From: Ignavibacteria bacterium
GTDB lineage: Bacteria > Elusimicrobiota > Endomicrobiia > PHAN01
NCBI GenBank assembly: GCA_041694835.1
Contig: JBGFRZ010000010.1
Location: 1-40,339 of the forward strand
Length of the DNA: 40,339 bases
Direction of reading: 5' to 3'
Shown here piece by piece: positions 34,225-40,339 of the stretch (position 1 is the first letter of the stretch; each line of letters starts with the position of its first letter). Under the pieces are notes generated by a model. It was not told where the DNA came from, made no database searches, and saw only the letters and a list, made by a program, of their open reading frames with translations. Both the position numbers and the translations under genes were made by a program.

Positions 34225-36903
34225 CTACCCTTCTACCTTATTATTGCTTTTTTCTTGAAAGAATTTAACTGTCTCTACTACGATTAAAACCGTTCCGCTG
34301 GCTGAACATGCAATTAACCAATTTTTAAGAGATAAAGGGACCACTTCAAATATCTTCTGTAAGAATGGTACATAAAGTATTGGAAGCATTGTAGAGATAG
34401 TAAGAGAAAAAGCCAGTATTATCCATCTATTGGTTAATAGTCCTAATTTGAATAGAGAACTGGTAGCCGAGCGACAGTTGAACGCATTGAATGTTCTAGT
34501 CATAATCAAAGTAACAAAAAACATTGTCATCGCATACTGTTTTCCTTCTCCAAGCGACAGGATGAATATACCCAATGTTATAGCACAAATCCAAAGACCC
34601 ACACCAAAAATATAAAATAATGACTGCCGATTAAGTATATTTGCTTTTGGTTCACGAGGAGGATGTTTCATTATACCCGGCTCTGGCGGCTCTAAACCTA
34701 ATGCAATCGCGTTTGGTCCATCCATAATCAGATTGATAAATAGAATCTGCAAAGCGGTTAAAGGAAGAGGCAATCCCCCGAACATTGCCACGACATAGGC
34801 CAGGGTTGCTCCCATGTTGTCAGAAAGTAGATATGTGAGAAACTTTCTGATGTTAGCAAAAATAGTCCTGCCTTCTTCTACGGCGCGAACAATAGAGACA
34901 AAATTGTCGTCGGTCAAAATCATATCTGATGCTTCTTTGCTTACGTCGGTTCCGGTTATTCCCATCGCTATGCCGATATCCGCTTTTTTTAACGCGGGGG
35001 AATCGTTTATTCCATCTCCCGTCATAGCAACTATTTTTCCATTTTTTGCAAATGCCTCTATTACACGCAATTTGTGGCTTGGTGATACTCTTGCATATAC
35101 CTCTACTTCCTCAACGATTTTTTCAAAATTTTCGTCTGACAGATTATCTAACTCGGCTCCGCTTAATGTTCGTCCTGAAGTTAAAATTCCTAATTCTTTT
35201 GCAATCGCTATCGCTGTAATTTTGTGGTCGCCGGTAATCATAATCGGTTTTATACCCGCATCTTTACAAACTTGAATCGCTTCTTTTACTTCTTTTCTCG
35301 GCGGGTCAATCATTCCTACCATCCCGACAAAAATCATATCGGTTTCCGCTTCTTTTAAAGAATGTTCGTTTAATTTCCTGTAAGCCAGACCCAAAACGCG
35401 CAAAGCACTTTCAGCCATTTGTTGAGCCGAAGTTATTATTTCCCCTTTATTCTGTTCGGAAATTTCTATTTCTTTTCCGTCTCGGTAAACATAACTGCAA
35501 CTATCAAGAATTATTTCTAACGCTCCTTTACTGTAAGCGATGATGCCTTCAGAAGTTGAGTGGACGGTGGTCATCCTTTTTCGCTCCGAAGAAAAAGGTA
35601 TCTCGTCTTTGCGCGGCTGAAAAGTTTTTATTTCTTCCAAATTGATTCCTGCTTTGGCCGCCGCCACCGCCAATGCGCCTTCCGTCGGGTCGCCGATTAT
35701 CGTCCAACCTTCCGATGAATTATTTAGACGGCTGTCATTGCACAATGCGCCGACCGTTAAAAGTTTTTTTAGATGAATATTTTCGTTTTCAGTCAAAGGA
35801 TTTCCGTCTATAAAAAAATCGCCCACAGGTTCATAACCCACACCACTAACATCAATAAAATGTTCATTAACCCAAATTTTGCGGCTCGTCATCTGGTCTT
35901 CAGTCAGAGTTCCGGTTTTATCTGAACAAATAATAGAAGTTGCACCCAATGTCTCAACTGCCTGAAGTTTTCTGATTAAAGCGTTTCGTTTAGCCATACG
36001 GCGAACACCCAGAGCCAAACTGATTGTCATTACCGCAGGCAATGCTTCGGGAACTATGGCTACAGCCAATGCCACTGTCCAGATAAACATCTCCAAAAGT
36101 GAATATCCTCTAATAATACCTATCAATCCAATAACTACTGACAATATTATCGCGGAAATTCCAATCAATTTAGCGGTGCGGTCTATACTAATTTGCAACG
36201 GCGTTTTTTGTTCTTCCACATCCTGTAACATCCTGGCAATTTTGCCAAACTCGGTATTCATCCCGGTAGATACGACAATCGCTTTTCCACGACCATAACT
36301 AACATTGGTCCCCATAAAGAGCATATTTTTTCTGTCGCCTAATGGAATCTCTTCCCCCTGAAGAAGTTGTTCTGTTTTGCTTACACTTTCCGATTCGCCG
36401 GTTAATGATGCTTCGTCAACTTTTATATTTATTGCTTCTACAAGACGACTGTCGGCGGGGATTTTATCACCTGTTTTCAAAGAGATTATATCACCTGGGA
36501 CTAAATCTTCGGCGGGGATTTCTTTTTCTTTACCGTCTCTGATTACTCTTGATTTCAGAGCGGACATTTTTTTTAACATCTCTAATGCCTTCTCCGCCCG
36601 ATACTCCTGAATGAAACCAAGCACTCCCGCCAAGATAACAATTACCATTATGGCGATTGCTTCAATATATTCGCCGATAACTACCGAAATACAGGAAGCA
36701 ATAATGAGAACAACGATTAGAAAACTTTTAAACTGGTCTAACAGAAGTATAATGGGTGATTTTCTTTTTTTCTCTTGTAGTCGGTTATATCCAAATTGTT
36801 CTAATCGTTTCTTCGTTTCAGATTCGCTCAAACCCGAGACGGAAGAGTTTAAAAGAGCAAAAACTTGCTCTATTTTTAGATTATGCCAAATATGCTCTTT
36901 CAT
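34225..36903 (-). CDS. Cation-transporting P-type ATPase (P2A, Ca2+-type)
   Basis: TGES, PEAL, DKTGT phosphorylation site, KGA, MITGD and GDGIND motifs. Confidence 0.95.
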   Translation of the reverse strand: MKEHIWHNLKIEQVFALLNSSVSGLSESETKKRLEQFGYNRLQEKKRKSPIILLLDQFKSFLIVVLIIASCISVVIGEYIEAIAIMVIVILAGVLGFIQEYRAEKALEMLKKMSALKSRVIRDGKEKEIPAEDLVPGDIISLKTGDKIPADSRLVEAINIKVDEASLTGESESVSKTEQLLQGEEIPLGDRKNMLFMGTNVSYGRGKAIVVSTGMNTEFGKIARMLQDVEEQKTPLQISIDRTAKLIGISAIILSVVIGLIGIIRGYSLLEMFIWTVALAVAIVPEALPAVMTISLALGVRRMAKRNALIRKLQAVETLGATSIICSDKTGTLTEDQMTSRKIWVNEHFIDVSGVGYEPVGDFFIDGNPLTENENIHLKKLLTVGALCNDSRLNNSSEGWTIIGDPTEGALAVAAAKAGINLEEIKTFQPRKDEIPFSSERKRMTTVHSTSEGIIAYSKGALEIILDSCSYVYRDGKEIEISEQNKGEIITSAQQMAESALRVLGLAYRKLNEHSLKEAETDMIFVGMVGMIDPPRKEVKEAIQVCKDAGIKPIMITGDHKITAIAIAKELGILTSGRTLSGAELDNLSDENFEKIVEEVEVYARVSPSHKLRVIEAFAKNGKIVAMTGDGINDSPALKKADIGIAMGITGTDVSKEASDMILTDDNFVSIVRAVEEGRTIFANIRKFLTYLLSDNMGATLAYVVAMFGGLPLPLTALQILFINLIMDGPNAIALGLEPPEPGIMKHPPREPKANILNRQSLFYIFGVGLWICAITLGIFILSLGEGKQYAMTMFFVTLIMTRTFNAFNCRSATSSLFKLGLLTNRWIILAFSLTISTMLPILYVPFLQKIFEVVPLSLKNWLIACSASGTVLIVVETVKFFQEKSNNKVEG

Positions 36904-37041
36904 TTACCTGCTCCTATCTAACGAATTGGGGTATAAAAGGAAGGCCCCTACCTAGTGGTATGTATTCCTTGTTTTCTCCGTGGCAAATAACTTTAGTATA
37001 CATTTTTTTTAATCAATGTAAAAATCAGACGACAATGTCGA

Positions 37042-38115
37042 TTAAAAGATACCGACAATTTCGTAATTGCAATGCACGCATTTTCCGTCTTTGATTTTGT
37101 TGCTTATAACATTGAAATGAATTCTGTGAACCAATTTTTTGTCGCAGCGCGGACAGAAAGTGTTGTTATATCTGTGCCCCGGCAGATTGCCGATGTAGAC
37201 ATATTTCAGCCCTACATCGTGAGCAATTTTTACTGATGCTTCCAATGTTCTGACCGGCGTTGGCGGTAAATGCGTCAATCTATAACTCGGCGAGAATCGG
37301 GTAAAGTGCAACGGAACATCATCGCCCAAATTTTCCTTAATCCACTCACACATTCTTCTTATGTCTCTGATGTCGTCATTGAGCGTTGGAATAATTAAAT
37401 TGACAATCTCCAAATGCACTCCTTCTTCTCTAATAATTTTCAAAGTTTTTAGGACCGGCTCCAATTCGGCGGATAGTGTTTCCTGGTAAAATTTTTCGCT
37501 AAAGCTCTTCAAGTCAACAGTAACCGCATCCATATATTTGAGAAGTCGCCGCAAGGGTTCGGGAGATATCGCCCCGTTGGTGTGAAAAAGATTAAGAATT
37601 CCTCTCCTTCGGGCTTCTTTTGCAATCTCATACATATACTCGTAAAAAATCGTCGGTTCGTTTATGCTGTGAGAGATGGATTTACATCTCTGTCTTATTG
37701 CCTCATCCACAACTTCTCTCGGGGAGTAATTTCTGCTTCTTAACTCTTCGGGGCCACGGGTGGTGATATGCCAGTTGTGGCACTGATTGCATCGAAAGTT
37801 GCACGAAGCGGTAAAGACACAGAGGTTGCGATGCCCCGGATGCACATGATACACCGGTTCAAGTTCGATGGGGTCAATCTGGAGTCCAACCGGTCTTCCG
37901 TAAACCAAACTGTAAAGTTTGCCTCGTCTGTTTTCTCTGACACGGCAAAATCCGCGTTCGCCTTCCGCGATGATACATCTGTGAAAACACAACTCGCAGC
38001 GGACATTGTTGCCGGCTAATTTTTGATAAAACATCGCCTCTTTCAAGCCCATTCTTTCCGCTTCCAAATTGGCGGATAACAGAAGCAAAAATATTATCAA
38101 TCCTATTTTTTTCAT
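37042..38115 (-). CDS. AmmeMemoRadiSam-system radical SAM enzyme (PflA-like activating-enzyme family)
   Basis: CELC..RC, 'GFCRVREN', 'IDPIE', radical SAM CNFRCNQC, 'VPLHFTRF.P.Y', C-terminal CPRC/CVHC. ATG 38115 is chosen because the ORF-track start (38160) lies inside a MITE. Confidence 0.9.
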   Translation of the reverse strand: MKKIGLIIFLLLLSANLEAERMGLKEAMFYQKLAGNNVRCELCFHRCIIAEGERGFCRVRENRRGKLYSLVYGRPVGLQIDPIELEPVYHVHPGHRNLCVFTASCNFRCNQCHNWHITTRGPEELRSRNYSPREVVDEAIRQRCKSISHSINEPTIFYEYMYEIAKEARRRGILNLFHTNGAISPEPLRRLLKYMDAVTVDLKSFSEKFYQETLSAELEPVLKTLKIIREEGVHLEIVNLIIPTLNDDIRDIRRMCEWIKENLGDDVPLHFTRFSPSYRLTHLPPTPVRTLEASVKIAHDVGLKYVYIGNLPGHRYNNTFCPRCDKKLVHRIHFNVISNKIKDGKCVHCNYEIVGIF

Positions 38116-38119
38116 GTTG

Positions 38120-38464
38120 TAGTGCTCTGTCTCGCAAATAATTGCGCATTTTGGAGGCATAGATTTGAGCTCATTTCAAGGAGTGAGGAGTGCGGTGTAG
38201 TCGCAGTGCTACATAAACGACGAACGACACAGAAATCAGCCAAAAATATGCCTCCCGTTAGGGCTGGCGCTTTTGGGCTGCAACTTCGTCGCTCTCCCCG
38301 TTAGAAATTTCAGAACACTTAAAATGCGATTGAAACATTTTCGTCAGGATTTCTAACGGGGCTCGTCGCTCACATACCGCAGTGGGTATGCTTCGCTCCT
38401 CGCTCCTTGTTTCGCTTCAAAATCGCTCAGCCAAAATGTCAACTATTTGCGAGACAGAGCACTA
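38120..38464. mobile_element. 345-bp MITE-like palindromic element
   Basis: Perfect 21-bp terminal inverted repeats TAGTGCTCTGTCTCGCAAATA (38120-38140 / 38444-38464). Imperfect symmetry continues inward (CATTTTGG; CAAGGAGYGAGGAG). Confidence 0.82.
38296..38361. mobile_element. 66-bp CCCCGTTAG element nested in the MITE
   Basis: 13-bp terminal inverted repeats CCCCGTTAGAAAT / ATTTCTAACGGGG. Confidence 0.8.
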
Positions 38465-38476
38465 GTTTGCGGGAAT

Positions 38477-39013
38477 TTATTGGCGAGCAAGTTCATCAAA
38501 GGCGATAAGTTCTTTTCTTATGCCCAATATAATGGCAGTAGTCCCGGGTGTCTTCTTTGTAGTTATATCTTTGCCTATCTCCATTTTATCTATATCTTTG
38601 ACACTTTTGCCTATAAACTGTTTTAAAAACTCTTCCTTTTTAAACTCGCTGTCTCTTTCTCTTGCCCGCTGGATATAAATTCCGTTTATTTTTTTATCTC
38701 TATCAAGTCCGAAGACAAATTCAATTACACCAAATTCTCCTCTCTGAGCAGCAGCAATTATATAGCACAATAGCCCGCCTTTCGCATCCAGCAACTCATA
38801 GTATTGATATGTCTCTCTTTGTCCGGGCAAGAGTTGGCTTCCCAATCTTTCTTCTATTATTTTTAGTGTCTGTGTGGATATTTTTTTAGTGATTGTCTTA
38901 TAATCCTTTGCCTCAGGGAAAATTCTCGCCATCGTTCTCTCCGGATTTCTCCAGACGCGGATAAACAACTCCTGAGCGGAAACCGATGCTGTTAGGTTAA
39001 GAAAAATCAGCAA
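38477..39013 (-). CDS. Exported FMN-binding-domain-like protein
   Basis: Signal-peptide-like N-terminus (ASVSA) and 'G..G.IEFVFGL..D.KI.GI.I....E......FLKQFIGK', resembling FMN_bind-type proteins. Start codon uncertain. Confidence 0.55.
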   Translation of the reverse strand: MLIFLNLTASVSAQELFIRVWRNPERTMARIFPEAKDYKTITKKISTQTLKIIEERLGSQLLPGQRETYQYYELLDAKGGLLCYIIAAAQRGEFGVIEFVFGLDRDKKINGIYIQRARERDSEFKKEEFLKQFIGKSVKDIDKMEIGKDITTKKTPGTTAIILGIRKELIAFDELARQ

Positions 39014-39082
39014 AAATCCAAAGCGGCTAAAAATTTTAACAAATCCGATTTTATTTTAATCATAACGGCATTATGAGATTAT

Positions 39083-39138
39083 TATTCATTATTCGTCATT
39101 CATTATTTGCTGTTCGCTATTCATCATTTGTTATTCAC
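39083..39138. repeat. Degenerate heptamer array (TATTCAT-like)x8
   Basis: tattcat-tattcgt-cattcat-tatttgc-tgttcgc-tattcat-catttgt-tattcac. Confidence 0.8.
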
Positions 39139-39154
39139 TTTTCCCGACGACAAA

Positions 39155-39172
39155 TTCGAACAAATGTTCGAA
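39155..39172. promoter_or_regulatory. Palindromic operator-like site matching the Gram-positive-type LexA (Cheo) box
   Basis: TTCGAAC-AAAT-GTTCGAA; the core CGAACAAATGTTCG fits CGAACRNRYGTTCG. Confidence 0.4.
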
Positions 39173-39232
39173 AAATGTTTCACAAACCAATTACTTGAGC
39201 TCTTGTGTCCTTGTGCTCTTTCTCCCGCTATC

Positions 39233-39256
39233 GTGGAATAGCAATTCCACCGCTAC
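39233..39256 (-). repeat. GTAG-type REP-like hairpin
   Basis: Minus strand reads GTAGCG-GTGGAAT-TGCT-ATTCCAC. A second hairpin CCCGCCA-N5-TGGCGGG follows at 39270-39288. Confidence 0.7.
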
Positions 39257-39342
39257 AACGCCGATAAACCCCGCCATGCCGTGGCGGGTCGACAACTACA
39301 TTGCCGTTCGCCGTTCATTGTTCACTGATAACTGATAACCGA

Positions 39343-39834
39343 TTACCGATTATTCGCATCTATCCCCTGCCTACTTATTCTTGGTAATCCTTTCGCTTTC
39401 CATCTGTTAATGCCGCCTGAGATGTTGTAGACCTCTGTGAAATTTAGTCCTTTCATTATGTCCAAAGCGCTTCCGCTTCTGGCTCCGGTTCGGCAATAAA
39501 TAAGATATATTTTATTTTTGTCCGGGTTGTCGAGGTCGTTTCTGAAAGTTCTGGAATAGTAATCTAACATGATGGCGCCTTCTATGCGCTCGGATGAAAA
39601 TTCCCCGGGAGTCCGCACATCAAGAATTACAAAATTTGGGTTGTTCTTATTTTTTTGTATTAAATCAAACGCTTCTTGCGGAGTAATGTTTTTAATCGTC
39701 TGAGTTTCCGACTTTTCAATACTATCTTCCTTTGAGGCGATATCCTTGGACTGGAGACATCCGCCGAGTATAAATAACGGAAGCATTATTCCCACAAGCA
39801 GCAAAACCGACAATTCCCGCTCATTATTAATCAT
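39343..39834 (-). CDS. Rhodanese-like domain lipoprotein
   Basis: Lipobox LGGC, 'ILDVRTPGEF', active-site CRTGARS, 'GGI..W...G.P'. A strong GGAGG SD lies upstream. Confidence 0.9.
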   Translation of the reverse strand: MINNERELSVLLLVGIMLPLFILGGCLQSKDIASKEDSIEKSETQTIKNITPQEAFDLIQKNKNNPNFVILDVRTPGEFSSERIEGAIMLDYYSRTFRNDLDNPDKNKIYLIYCRTGARSGSALDIMKGLNFTEVYNISGGINRWKAKGLPRISRQGIDANNR

Positions 39835-40260
39835 AAATCTCCTCCCACGATATTTTTACTGTCCACCGCAGTCGCTGGATAAACTCCAACCACGCTTTCT
39901 GCGGTTTCATTTTTAAATTGATACCAACTAAAAAATCCAAGTAAAAGGTCTATAAACCTGCAAAGAAAATTTATTTTGCTCCTTCCTTAATGAAAATTTT
40001 TGTGCCGTTCTAAATTGAAAACCAGCTAAATTATAAGTCAACCCAACAATCAGGGCATCTTTTTTAGAACCGTCTCTGTTTAGATGGGTATATCCTAAGT
40101 TTAGGTCTGTTTTGGGAAACAGGACACTAGATGACCATGATATTTAATCAAATCAAGGGCTAATAACTGCTTATATTTAGGTACCCTTCCCATGCTATGC
40201 ATTTTATCCGTTAATAGAACAACAACTTCAGTAAAAGCAATTATTTAATGGGGTCATCCA

Positions 40261-40293
40261 CCCGCCATAAATGGCAGAGCTTTCTAACGGGGT
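40261..40293. repeat. Right end of a further CTAACGGGG-family element
   Basis: TTTCTAACGGGGT at 40281-40293, preceded by the hairpin GCCAT-AA-ATGGC. Only a degenerate candidate left end is present (~40203-40215). Confidence 0.5.
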
Positions 40294-40339
40294 AAAGTAC
40301 AGGTAAAACAATCAAAGTTAATAAAGTAGAGGAAACAAG

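Noticed and set aside
34430-37094. Plus-strand ORFs antisense to the P-type ATPase
   Set aside because: Typical antisense shadow frames of a conserved gene.
38116-38160. ORF-track N-terminal extension (MPPKCAIICETEHYN) of the radical SAM gene and ORF 38122-38304
   Set aside because: Both derive from the MITE sequence.

Overview
Bacterial genomic window. The taxonomy is inferred only: a giant Ser/Thr-rich repeat protein, a T9SS-CTD-like protein and a PorV/PorQ-like barrel suggest Elusimicrobiota or a related lineage. Positions 1-24671 are the 5'-truncated part of a giant modular surface-protein gene (>8222 aa). It contains about 38 'DNQxGDDxWR' Ig-like modules, 14 'YYWRV' FN3-like modules, FN3 domains, two copies of a propeller-like domain, lamin-tail-like domains and a C-terminal PQQ-like propeller. 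Downstream on + are a PQQ-propeller/FN3/CTD-like protein, a PorV/PorQ-like protein and a nucleotidyltransferase. The - strand carries an ABC-2 pair, a YHS+ArsP-like permease, queA, a P2A-type ATPase, an AmmeMemoRadiSam radical SAM enzyme, an FMN-binding-like protein and a rhodanese lipoprotein. The most striking signal is repetitive DNA inside protein-coding sequence. (i) Different 7- and 8-bp tandem arrays fill the same positional slots of the giant protein's modules and encode the signal-peptide-like N-termini of the two downstream envelope genes. (ii) REP/IS605-end-like hairpins sit in-frame in one variable loop of the Ig-like modules. (iii) A CCCCGTTAG...CTAACGGGG miniature element is inserted in-frame in queA and the permease and is nested in a larger MITE. 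No transposase, reverse transcriptase, CRISPR array, tRNA or rRNA was seen.
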